A stretch of 64,000 nt of DNA. It comes from Tubiluchus corallicola (Eukaryota > Animalia > Priapulida). Below, piece after piece: positions 39,226 to 50,885 of the stretch. Where the stretch lies: contig JAQGDQ010000015.1 of the NCBI GenBank assembly GCA_030141605.1, positions 496,001-560,000 on the forward strand. The letters run 5' to 3'. The notes beneath the pieces were generated by a model, which made no database searches, was not told the DNA's origin, and worked only from the letters and a program-made list of their open reading frames with translations. Position 1 is the first letter of the stretch. The number at the start of each line of letters is the position of its first letter. The position numbers and the translations under genes were made by a program.

Positions 39226-39649
39226 CTTCTCAGGGGAACGCGCCGGCTTCGTGAATAATACATCTGGTGTAGGGTTTCCTTTGTGACGAGCCGGCTGTCG
39301 CTTCTAACACAATTTCGCTCATCATGTCTGTAAGCTGCGCATGGTGAATACTTATACTGCCATAGAAAATGTCACCGTAACGTGGAAGGCTTCTGAAGCC
39401 TGGACTTGTGACAAAGGGGTTAAATTGGTTTTAAACTCCACAAAAACTAAAGGCCTACGTAAACTAGCTACTTATAAATTGAAAACTTGTTTATTAAAAG
39501 CGTTGTTTTTTTCGTGATAACAGTGTATATTTCATTATTCTTGAGTTTTGACCAAATGGATCGGAATTAATGCTGCAAACCATTGTAACCAATGACATTC
39601 GCAATCTTCACAAGTAGCCTGATAAATTTAACTGCTAATCTGAATAACG

Positions 39650-39845
39650 GCAATGATAATGACGATGAATGTGATTATTGTGGCACAGTAATAACGATTT
39701 TGCTGTTGTTGTTATTATTATTGCTGTTGTTGTCGTTGTTGCTGCTGCTGCTGCTGTTGATGATGATGATGATGGTGGTGGTGGTGATGATGATCATGAG
39801 GAGGAGGAGGAGGAAGAGGGAGAGGATAATGATGACGATGAAAAC
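39650..39845. repeat. Compound trinucleotide microsatellite (TTG/CTG/ATG/GTG/GAG)
   Basis: Directly visible. Confidence 0.9.
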
Positions 39846-40690
39846 CTGACACAAATGATTGTTATTATTTATAGATAAATAAATCATATATACTTATTAT
39901 GATAATAATTCATTGTTAGGCTAGACCAGATTAGACTTTATCAGTAGTTTTAGTGTTTGGTTATAAAATTTGTTTCGATTTTATGCTCAAGAATTTATCA
40001 GTTTTAGGTGCCATAATAATTAAATTTCCAAGAGTGGCTTAGACTATATTTATGAATTTCAGGAATCATCATACGATTTGCAAGAGTAGTTTAGACTATA
40101 CGTAGTATAAGTAGCCGTGATGTATTTAACTAAATAACGTTCAAGTACAAGATTGCTCATTTGGTTCGCACAAGCTTCGTTCCTAGCTCTTTACATCTTT
40201 TGAGCTGTAAAAGCTTATGACATTCAACCATCCATTCTAGTTCATTAACAGTCTTAATAAAAACCTTCAACCCCACCCCCTGTTTGGCACTATTCCTAAC
40301 ACAAGTTTGGTTGTCTGTTCAGGCAAATTTTGGGTGACATTCCTTTCTGTTTTTGAGTTGCAATTGACGTTTGACTTTGAAATTGCCAACAGGGTCACTC
40401 ACTCACCTACTAAAATCTGTCTCATATCTGGTGCGATAAATTACCAATGTTTCGTCGGCCACCTCGTTGTTGCTTGTAAGTTGTAAACCTTTCGTATCTT
40501 TGTCTTGGTTGTCAATCTGACACCGACACGGTTGTTCGGTCGGATTATATTTTGTTTTGTGTAGTTAACATTACATTTGTAAATGTTTAATAGATGATGC
40601 CTGACAAGACGATTGTTTTTTATGGATCTAACTTAATTTTGTATATATAATGCAAACGGGAGCAGGATGGATTTGTGTCAGACAAAAAAA

Positions 40691-40850
40691 TTAAAGGAAA
40701 TATCAAGCGTTCAGGGAAGTTAGGCTTATCTCAATTTTCGCGAAAAGTGGTAGAAGGATTTAATAAGGAAATTGCGATAAGTGCCGCGTGTAATAAGTAA
40801 GATCATTTCACGCTTGAACGCTCCCATTTTGAACGCCCATTCTTCCACCC
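40691..40850 (+). mobile_element. Dispersed repeat, probable end of a Kolobok-like non-autonomous DNA transposon
   Basis: Begins TTAAAGGAAA; GATAAG.GCC.CGTGTAAT.AGTAA..GATCATTTCACGCTTGA...CATTCTTCCACC is shared with 56437-56527. Confidence 0.55.
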
Positions 40851-42429
40851 AAGAAAAGCAGTGCATTACCAACGGTGTAATAAATTAACGGTCCTTCATA
40901 AACAGTTTTTTGCACTTTTTTTTGTTATATTTTTCTAAATTTAAGTGATAACAGTAAAAAAAAACCAACATGCTAAGTAACTTGTCTTTTCGTTTAATCC
41001 CATTTAATAAACATTTGTGTCAGGCAAAGTTGGTAATCGAGCCGTTTATCGATTGCACGCACGAGCAAAAATCTATCATATAAGTGGTTGCACACAGATT
41101 TTGCCTGGTGTGTTATTTTATGTAATTTTTATTGTTTTTTTCAAATTGGAGATGGAAGCGGAGAATTTCAACTGCAGCAAAAAATCAAAATCACTGCTAA
41201 GCCCGCAAGCTGACTCTTATTGGTGTTGTGAAGCCTCTAGCCTAATGTACATACTTGCACTACCCGTCTAAGCAGCTTTACCCGACTCCACCCCCCCCCC
41301 CCCCCACCTCGATCGCTTGTGAAATGACGTCTACGTAATTTGAGTGTGACATTTATTATAGGGTATATAATAAATGTCGTGTAATTACGAAATAGTTGCT
41401 TCCTGACAAATCTTGTTGCATAGACCCACTGGTGGGAGACAAATTATCAAGGAAATTGCGCTTTTCGGTTTGAAAACTGCATAACTGCATGCATGGCAAT
41501 CGAGAAATGACACATTAATTCTTCTTTGCTGCGTAGTATGCAATGGTTATTCTCGTGAATACTCGCTGTATTATACTGTATTTATGCTGCAATATAATGT
41601 ATTTTGCAAGCTATCTGTTCTGAAAGGTGCAGTTAGTAACGAGTGAAATTAATGTCGAAGAGAAACTGATACACAATGTCACTCACTGCAAAAGGCTAGT
41701 AGTCATCGACATTTGCCATATTTCATTGGATTTGACAGATCTGAACTTCATTGAAAGTTGCCTTGTCAAAGCAGAATCCGCAGGCGCATGTTATTAAATT
41801 TAAAAAAAACATGTTTGTTAGTTGTAACTTCGACAAAATACAGTAATAATCGAATTTTCGATAAACAGCCCAACAGGTGAAACTCGGAAATTCTGTTTTT
41901 TCGGATGCAAAAACAGGTTATCTCGTATTTATTTAAGCCTTGAACTTCCTGTGGCATGAAAATGTACCTTTGTAACATGATTCTCAAACAAGAAAACTGC
42001 GTCCAGTTGCAATTGGCATTTAGTAACCGTACGCGACCAGATTGTGCTGTAACTAGTGGATGAAACTGAAGACCTCGGCAGCAAAATTGTCACCTGACTG
42101 CCAGAATGCCATTTACAAATGAAAAATTGCAACTTTGGCAATATGACGCTAATCGAAGCCAATTCTTATCTGATTCACTGGGGCGCACCTAGGTAGCTTC
42201 TTTGGAGTTCATGCTAATTTCGCTTTGTATTTACTTTTTTGACACTTGTATTGACAATTAATTGAAATTACTTTCGGATGATGTTTATTTCCTTTTCTTC
42301 CGCACCTTGTTTGTTTAACTTAATAAAAAGCAACAGTTTCGCGTTTGACATTAAAATGTTAATAAAATTTTAAATAATAGCAGATGGGAAAAAATTGGAG
42401 CACCCTGCATAAATAGTGGTGTATTATCT

Positions 42430-42837
42430 AATTTTACTAACAATTATGAAATTGAGATATAGTCATGCCTTGATTTAAAAAATAAAATCTATTCCACGCA
42501 AATGTCTGCTACGCGTTCAGTTTGTGTAATATTGCGTAATTTGTGCGTTTGCAACAAAATGTATGTAATTCTTGTTTGTACCCTTGATATTTTATTGTAT
42601 TACTAATTATTATAGAGTACTGTTGTGTGTGAATACTTTTTGTATATTGTATGTATTTTTAGCTTAGCTTAAAATTTTATAGACCCTGCATGAGGTTTTC
42701 ATATGTTTTTCTGACATTCCTAATTTTTTATTGTGTTTAGACGCATTTGTCTTCAGCAGTGTTCTGTTTTAGAACAACTGCACTGAGGATTGTTGTCTTT
42801 TATGCACTTCATTTTAAGACAAATAAAGATTTTACTG
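42430..42837 (+). mobile_element. Old 3' remnant of the same LINE lineage
   Basis: GACGCATTTGTCTTCAGCAGTG at 42740-42761 matches the family 3'UTR motif; T-rich UTR; AATAAA then (CT)n(TA)n. Confidence 0.5.
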
Positions 42838-42894
42838 TTCTCTCTCTCTCTCTCTCTCTCCATATATATATATATCTTTTCTCTCTATTTCTAT

Positions 42895-43199
42895 TTATTT
42901 CCAAATTTTCCAGTACTGAACTTTCATAGTACGAAGTTTTGCCATACCATATTTTCTTAGTACTAAACATTACTGGTACCATATTTCCCTTCTACGAAAC
43001 ATTCCCTATAATAGATTTTACCAGTACCACAAATTTCTTGTACTTAAAAGTCGTACTATCAAATTTACATGTATTAAAATATCCATGTACAAAAATTCCT
43101 TGTACCAAATTTTGCCAGTACCAAACCTTAATGGCACCAAATTTACCTGTACCAAACTTGCCGGTATCAACACTACGTGTATCAAACTTTCCTACATTC
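42895..43199. repeat. Degenerate ~15-bp tandem array (TACCAAATTTTCCAG-like), likely a DNA-transposon subterminal repeat
   Basis: Recurring GTACCAAA(T/C)TT(T/G/A)CC units ending in ATCAAACTTTCCTACATTC. Confidence 0.7.
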
Positions 43200-43811
43200 A
43201 GCAAGAACAAGTAGCGTTGAATATGGTCTCCATCCACACATAGTTAGATGAAATTTGGTCGCCGATGTCTGTACTGTTTTCCACTTATACACATTGAAAG
43301 CCAGTCGACGACTACATTGAGAACAAACACACGCTGATGACAGCATGGGCGTTGAATATAGCATAACAGACTGTTACTAATATATAAAAACAATCAATAC
43401 TGATTTAACAGAACTGCTGTTAACAGTGTATTTGGCTGCCGTTGTTCTCGTTTGTTATTATCACTATTTTTGCGGAATCGCAAATAGTGTAAATTGTGAT
43501 TGCCTACACATATAACCTAATGCCAAATTAGCTTTTCACGAATATTATTTTGTTAAGCGTCAGTTCAGTTTTATGCAAGAAATGGACTCTAATACGGCCC
43601 AATAGACTATTTTTAGTAAACCGTGGCTAACGTAGGTTTAAACTATTCTGATAATGTCAAATTTGAAAATGGACATTCTAAATTTAAACTTACGTTCATT
43701 GTTGTAAGATTCCTAATATTTTTTTATATTATTGAATACGTGTCTTTGAATTTGGGGTAACAGCATTCCAAAAATAAACTGACGTTTAACGATTTCAGAA
43801 CAAACTATATC

Positions 43812-44103
43812 ATGTTTTGGATTATTTTTAGCTATTCCATCACGTTTATAACTATTTTATTAAACTCTAAAGTGGAATGTTTGCCTGAGTGGCTTTCTGG
43901 TTTCATGGATTTAAAATGTGAAGAACCTACGAGCCAAGAAGGAAGAGATTATTGGAAATACTTGCATGATCTGCACCATGGTCAGTCTGGAATTAACTGG
44001 CATGACTTCACATCCGAACAGATTTTGGACCGAGCCAACTGGATGGGACAGTTGCCGGATCATGTACGAAAGACAGTTCCACTAAACGCCCTCGCTATTC
44101 CAG
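43812..44103 (+). CDS. Secreted PI-PLC X-domain (PLCXD-like) protein, coding exon 1
   Basis: ATG at 43812; signal-peptide-like MFWIIFSYSITFITILLNSKVEC|LP; ANWMGQLP...PLNALAIPG is the PLCXD N-terminal motif; donor CCAG|GTTTGT at 44103/44104 (phase 1). Confidence 0.9.
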
Positions 44104-44869
44104 GTTTGTTGGAACTAAGGGAGCTCTTTTTACAGAGTTGTATTCATAATAGGAAAACCCGGAATGCACTACTTGATCGAGGGAGGTCTGCCACGAAATT
44201 GAAATAAAGAAAAGTTTGCCCACACTTTACGTAGGTTTGATTCGATGCAACTTGATGTCTACATTAATTCGCTTTTCTCGAAAGGGCCAGTCCTAAGATT
44301 GATTATCCAAAGTTACCTGGGTTTAAATGCTCATTGACTTGAAGATTCTATAATGTAGTTTATCTGATGTGATTCTTAATTAATTTCATAAAAGCATTTG
44401 CTTTGAGTTTTGTTCAGTATATGCAATAATATCAAACCATAATAGCTGATATAGCCTGTGTGGCGTTCCAGCATTAGACCTATAATTATTTTACAGTAAG
44501 TACCCGTGGCAGAGTTACCTGCATAATCACAGGATCTAAAAAAAATTCTGTCTTTTTTTCAAACAACAGGTCTAACTCTTAGAGTTTGATGACACAATTT
44601 AAAAATTCTGAATTTCGAGTTTGTGTTCATCTTATAAGGTCGTATTTTTATTTCCAGGGAAGTTTATTACGATAATTACAGTCTGACGATACTTAAATAT
44701 TGTATTGTAAATGACGATATTCTTATAAATCCAGTTTTGACTACTTTGTCTGCCGTTACTTCTTATTACTTTTATTATTTTAATACTTAAAGTAACAGGA
44801 GCGTACGTATTTTTTTTAAAAAATTGGTACATTTATGTTAACATAGTTACAATAATTTTCGTATTATAG

Positions 44870-44976
44870 GGGCACACAATGCATTTACACATAATCTTAG
44901 TGACATTGTTGCACCAGCAGGAAAAAAGAGTATGCTGACGGCATTAAATTTGCTTACAAGCCTTGGTCTTACGAAG
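44870..44976 (+). CDS. PLCXD-like protein, coding exon 2
   Basis: Acceptor TTATAG|GG; completes IPG-AHNAFT (first catalytic His); donor AAG|GTATCG (phase 0). Missed by the ORF track. Confidence 0.9.
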
Positions 44977-45131
44977 GTATCGTTGTACAGTTAAGCAGTC
45001 AAGCTTGTGTCGCATGGCACTGGTATTAAGCATTAAAACAGCGTAGCAATAATTACAATAAAAGATAGTAGATTTGATTCATCATTTTAATCTTCCAACT
45101 CTAAACGAATGAAGAATATTTGACTTTTTAG

Positions 45132-46106
45132 GCAGCCAATAAGTGGAGTCGGTGTCAGAGCTGGGGACCTCGAGAACAACTCGAAAATGGTGTTCGTTAC
45201 TTTGACATTAGACTGTCTAGATCGGATAAACCCGCCAGTATGCGTGAAGCAAAGGATATCTTCATTGTTCATGGATTTCTGGGCACAGCCATAACTGACA
45301 TCATAGATGACATAAACACGTTTTTGGCAGCGCACCCGAAAGAAGTCGTACTTCTGGACTTTCGTGGTTTCTATAACATGACCAGCACAGATCATGACAA
45401 CGTATGCACATATATGCACAGGGTGTTCGGTGGTAAAATATTTCGTGGAAAGTTTCCGTCTGGTAAACCATGTAGACCAAATAAATGTACGCTTCACGAC
45501 CTAGAACAATTACGTCAACAGGCGCTAATTATGTATCGGTTGGGTTGTTACGTAGGAGGAAGACGCTTACATATACCTATGATCTATGCAGGAGACTGGC
45601 CAGATGCTCAAAATTGTCCGGATTTGGTGAATTACTTAGAAGAAACTTATAGAAATAGAAGCAAGAGTCGCAGTTATTCATGGTACTATGTTTCTCAAGG
45701 GATTATAACTCCAACTGGAGATCTCATGAAGAAAGCGCCTCATACAGGTGTTGAACATATCGCGAGAAAAGCAAACTTGGTTATCCAGCAATACTTGCTC
45801 AACAAAACAGCGGGTTCTAAAGCAATCAATGTGGTTATGGTAGACCATATTCAGCATGGATACGTGATCGAAGCTATCATTCATTTGAATTATAAATGCC
45901 AGAAGAAGTTTTTGCCCACAGAAGTTTTTGCATCATACGACAACGCTAGTACCACCAGAACAACCACTACTGCTACCACTACCACTACCACTCTCACTAC
46001 CACTACCAGTACTACTACCACTACTACTACCACTACCACTACCACTACCGCTACCGCTACCACTACCACTACCACTACCACTCACCACCTCCAATACTAC
46101 CACTAA
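45132..46106 (+). CDS. PLCXD-like protein, coding exon 3 (rest of catalytic barrel and start of Thr-rich stalk); spliced product 457 aa as assembled
   Basis: Acceptor TTTTTAG|GCA; KWSRCQ, EQLENGVRYFDIRL, FIVHGFLG (second His), FLAAHPKEVVLLDF, YVSQGIITP, INVVMVDHI; in frame with ORF 45240-46106. Confidence 0.92.
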   Translation, partial: AANKWSRCQSWGPREQLENGVRYFDIRLSRSDKPASMREAKDIFIVHGFLGTAITDIIDDINTFLAAHPKEVVLLDFRGFYNMTSTDHDNVCTYMHRVFGGKIFRGKFPSGKPCRPNKCTLHDLEQLRQQALIMYRLGCYVGGRRLHIPMIYAGDWPDAQNCPDLVNYLEETYRNRSKSRSYSWYYVSQGIITPTGDLMKKAPHTGVEHIARKANLVIQQYLLNKTAGSKAINVVMVDHIQHGYVIEAIIHLNYKCQKKFLPTEVFASYDNASTTRTTTTATTTTTTLTTTTSTTTTTTTTTTTTTATATTTTTTTTHHLQYYH

Positions 46107-46527
46107 AACTATGACCCCCAGTACCACTAACACGCCCACTTCCGATACTGCTATGACTACCACTACCACTAACACACCCACAAACACTACTGCTAAGACT
46201 ACCACTACCACTAACACGCCCACTACCACTTCCGCTACGACTGCCACTACCACTACCACTGCCACTACCACTACCACTACAATTACCAAGCGCACTGCCA
46301 CTAACACTACAACCATCACTACCTTTATCTCTGCCACTACCATGCTCACTACCACTACTGCTGACACTGCCACTCTCACTACCAGTACTACTACCACTAC
46401 CACCAAAACTGTCACCACTACCACCAAAACTCTCACCACTACCACCAAAACCCTCACCACTACCACCAAAATCCCCATCACTACCACCAAAAGATCCGCC
46501 ACTGTCACTACAACAGCAGCGACATAA
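45948..46527 (+). repeat. (ACC/ACT)n Thr-codon repeat encoding a mucin-like stalk; frameshift at ~46083
   Basis: Poly-Thr in the gene frame to 46082, continuing in the +1 frame from 46084 (TTSNTTTKTMTPSTT...) to a stop at 46527. Confidence 0.85.
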
Positions 46528-47403
46528 TCTAGAAACGTTTGGAAGAATCAATACCACCTCCAAACCCACCACCATTATAAAGAGTAGAAGTAGCAGGATA
46601 CAACAGTAGTAACAGCGGTAACCTAATCTAGATAGGCGCGGTAAAATTAAGCTGTGGGTTAGTTTCAGTAATATGTGTAACTTTGTACCTACTTTGTACC
46701 TACTTACTTTGTAAGCGCCTGAGCATTTAAGTCTGAGCGTCTTTAATATCTCTAAGAATGCAGTAGTGTTATTTTTCTGAGATAAACTGGATTTCGTGCA
46801 TTTAGTTGATAATAGTCTGTTTCTGATTATTAACCGTTAAATCCAATTCAAAACAATCCTGGACAGAGAAATGGCGTGACCTTTTAGTGTGTAGTGTTTA
46901 GCCTATATGTAGCAAATTATAATTCTTTTTAGGGACCATACTACAATTATATATTCTCTGACTTGTAGAACTAACTAAACCGAGGGTTAGAGATATTCCA
47001 AATGTGAATCGCAGAGTCAGTAGGTACTATTTTTCTTGCATTACATTGCTAGGAAAGATAAAATTTGTTGCAAAGAATACAAATTAAGTACTGCACAGGA
47101 TCTGCATTGTTGATGTGTAATTGTGTATTAAGATGCATATTACAGAATTTAATAATATTCCATTTAAAGTTTCAAAACGCCTATTTAGTTTTATGAAGTC
47201 TTTTGGTGTTTTTCAACGTTAGCTGATTTGGTTTTGGTATAAAGGCTTGCACATGCACTGCGCACCATACATCGGTATCACGTGAAAATCGAAGGCACCG
47301 GTGTGGTAATGAACGAAGAATGTTATTCACGCATTTCGGCAACTATGTTGGCCTTTCCGTTTGTCTTTTCTGCAGTCAACTGCATGCCTGGGGGGATTGC
47401 CAG

Positions 47404-47406
<3 letters not shown>

Positions 47407-47495
<89 letters not shown>
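47407..47495. repeat. (CT)n microsatellite
   Basis: Directly visible. Confidence 0.97.
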
Positions 47496-47499
<4 letters not shown>

Positions 47500-48859
47500 T
47501 TTTTCTTCTTTCCCTCTCTCCCGGTCTTTTTCACCCTCTTTTTCTTTCTGTCTTGATATTTCGTCTTGCACAGTACTAGTCTAGATGCCATCTCAACTAA
47601 TATTGATACAGCCCTTTGTCGTCACACTTCAGCACATATCATAGTCGTTGTAAATAATAGCTTGCTCTCGAGTAGTTTGGCTGACAAGTGATTGTTGTTT
47701 ATGAGATTTTCAAAAGAATATATCCAGATACATTTTCTTCCAATTATACGAACAAATAAGCAAATGTTCAGAATTGTTCAGATTTAGTGACTTCCTGACA
47801 CAGCCTCTGCTACTCAAACTACTAGGACTGTTAGAGCCAATTTAATACAGAAACATGGTTTAAACACTTATAACAAAGGTTCTGGCAGAATAAATGTGGT
47901 CATGGTAGATTGATAATGTTACTTGAAATATATGAATTACGTGAACTTGAAAGTTGTGTGACGTTACCCTATGTGTCTTATTAAGTATGCACACGTGTCC
48001 AGTCCGAAACTGAACCCGAAGTCTTTGTACACTTTGTTTTCTGTTAAGAAACATTAACAAAAAAACATCTTTTCTTTATTATTGGAATATACTTGCCTTG
48101 AAATGCTAAGGCAACGGTAAATGCTGCGGTAGCGTAATAGTGTGGCTAGAACGAAAAACGATACGAAAATATACAGAAAAATTGTCTTTGCATCTCGACG
48201 ACTTGACGGCAACCCTGGCCTAAGGTTACAAAAATGATGTGTGCAAAGTCGCACAATTTTCATTAACTTTACCGCACTTAAAATTACATCTTACAATAAT
48301 GTTTTACCAAAAAAAGAAGACAGAATATTTTTGCAGGTTAATATTTGCGACATTGTTTATCGGCATTGTAATAGTTTTTCAGAATTATTTCCTTTACAAT
48401 ATTCATGAAAATTTTACATTCATGAATGTTCTTTTCACTTATCACCTTACTCAAATTCTTAATATCTTAGTCAAATTATCTTACGCTATGACACCCTGTT
48501 ATCTGCGCTTATCAAACTACAGCAAAAAATATTCAGCAGTGTGCTTCTCTCTAGTCACAGTCTCATGTGCCATTGAGCTTTGTTCCCTCTGGTGATAAAA
48601 ATTCTAGTTCCTCAATCTAAAAATAACTCATTAGCGAGCCTCAACGAGCCTTTCGTTTTTATTCAATTGTGGACCAAGAGGTGAAATGTTTTCGCTTTTA
48701 TTGTAGTTGGCCTTTCTCCTTGTAACTGTGTTCGATTCCTCATTCTGTTTGGCAATATCTTCAGTATGTACGCAGTAATATAGGTTTTGGAATAACGCAT
48801 AATTTGCATGGGCACATCGCGTAATTTCACGCCGCGGTCATTTGTTTCCTAAATTAATT

Positions 48860-50885
48860 TTAGATAGTGTTTGACGTCATTTGCATGCTTGGTCAGCATA
48901 TTTACATTTATTCTGTTGAACTGTCACACTTCATTTTTAACTAGTTTTCTCTATAATAAATCTCTATCCTTTTCCTGTCGAACGCTTTGGCTAAATCATA
49001 GCATATGGTCATTCCGAAGTTATTATCGCAGATGTCTTCTTCTATGCTTGCTACTAATCGCATGAGGTAGTGGATATTATTTCTGCTTGCACAGAAGACT
49101 TCTTGCTCCTGATCAAGGAGGTTACCCGACAGAAGATGTTGCTTTAGTCTACAGGTTAAAAGACATTCTATGAGTTTGCCAATATAAGACGAAATAGCAA
49201 CAGGATGATAATTATTTGGGTTACTGTACTTTCTGGTTTCTTCATCATTGTTATTTTGGCAGCATTCGATAGCCACGTTTCAGTTTCTAAGGCTAAGTTT
49301 GCCGTGTTGATAACCACGAGTTTCCACAGACAACCGAAGCTTTTGATCTTGCGTGGATATAGTCCATCATTATCTAACGATTTGCTGGTCCTTCGCAATA
49401 CCCTAATGACGTCATTTAATTCTTGGAACGTAAATGGTGAATGAAGCATTTCGTTTTCATTTGACGAGCTTTCATTTATTTCTCGTAGCCTAACTTCAAT
49501 AACCCTTTAAAATCATCATCAAGGATTTGATTTGACAAATGGTCCCCCCACTGAAGAACGACGTAAAACACAGCTCTGCTTTTTCTTCGCCTTTAACCAC
49601 AAAATCGTTGTTACATATCAGAATATCAGTTTGCTTTGATTTCCGATTTTACAAAAGCTCGTCTATAAATTTTCCAAACATTTTTACCTTATTGCGAGTT
49701 TAGGTTTTCAGTTTGTCTCCTTAACCAACTGTTAAAGCATCCTTAACCTCTTCGCTTAAAAGTATTCTTTGGCTTCTAGATAAAGTGCTTTGTTTTGAAG
49801 GGGTTGAGTATCTCAGAAACTCTTTACATTTTCTTACTCGTTGAAACAGTGTTAATAAATTTGCTGTCTAGAATGGCTTGCTACGTTCACACAAGGTTTC
49901 CTTCCTAGATATACGTAATTTATGTAAAGCAATGAACCTTTAAACCATTCCCATAGCATTGAGACATCTCTATGCAACAACAGAGCTATAAATTCATTAT
50001 TCTGTTGCTCTAAGGCTACTTCCAGTCAGACAGACCACCTTTTACATCAACGTTTTTTACATCAAATACGACCCATGGTCCAGGTACGTTTGCCTCTTTT
50101 TTAATATTAATTTCTGAAATGTCGGTAGGTGGCCCACCAAAAATGCATTGTTTAATAAATAATTTTACTTGTTCGTCTACTCTCACATGGCTGATTTTAT
50201 CTACAACACCTTGAGAGACCAATTTTACTTTTTCTTGTGGTAGAAGTAAACGTGCAGTTTGCTAGAACTTCCGCATAAATAAGACCATTTCCACTCCAAA
50301 TAGTGTCGTTCATTTTGCACCCATGAAGATTTGTGATATCGTCCCAGGGAAAACTTCTTGCATTAAAATCCCCCATAACTCCAACTCCAGTCAAGTTTTT
50401 AATATTTGTATAGGTCATGGCATTTTGAAAACATTTTGACAAAGTTTTTAATTGCATTTGCGAGTTTGGGAGAACGTAGACAGAGGTAGCTGTCTTTCAC
50501 CCTGGATCATTACCCACAACGCATCTAAATTTTGTTCTTCCAGAGTAGCTATTCTGCATGCTTTAATGTCATTTCTGATAAACAGAGCCACCCCACCTGA
50601 TCTTGCACTGCTACTTTTAATGTACTTGTTGTATAATTGCTTAAGTTTGTGTCGCGTCGGATTAGTGTACTTACATTAATTTTGACCTCTTGTACAGCCA
50701 CAACGTTAAACGAATTCTTTTTTACATAGTTGTTCAGCGCAGCCAAAGATCTTACTGACAGATTATTTATGTTTATTTGACAGGTGGATTTTTTTCCCTT
50801 TTGTATTTTTTCAACGTTCTCTTTGTAAGCTGAACATTCTCTATCCCACGAAGAATGCGCCTCTTTACAGTTGACGTTACAGTTT
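48860..50885 (-). mobile_element. Decayed I-group (I/Nimb/Ingi/Jockey-like) LINE fragment: end of gag zinc knuckle, endonuclease, first half of RT
   Basis: CNVNCKEAHSSWDREC; QININNL, VVAVQE, GGVALFI, MGDFNARSFPW; SPFTFQEL, NYHPVAISSYIGKLIE, YDLAKAFD. Confidence 0.88.

Noticed and set aside
39592-39887. Homopolymeric amino-acid ORFs
   Set aside because: Compound trinucleotide repeat with no coding context.
42939-43237. Repetitive ORFs (PNLPV / GKFGT)
   Set aside because: Products of a ~15-bp degenerate tandem DNA repeat.
43330-43365. CTGATGA as a hammerhead core (also near 55182 and 27608)
   Set aside because: No GAAA core or compatible stems follow.
43812-46106. Recent horizontal transfer of a bacterial PI-PLC
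   Set aside because: Canonical introns and PLCXD-type motifs fit a metazoan gene better.
45890-46575. Minus-strand Val-rich and Gly-Ser ORFs, and the Pro-Leu frame
   Set aside because: Shadow frames of the Thr-codon repeat belonging to the PLC gene.
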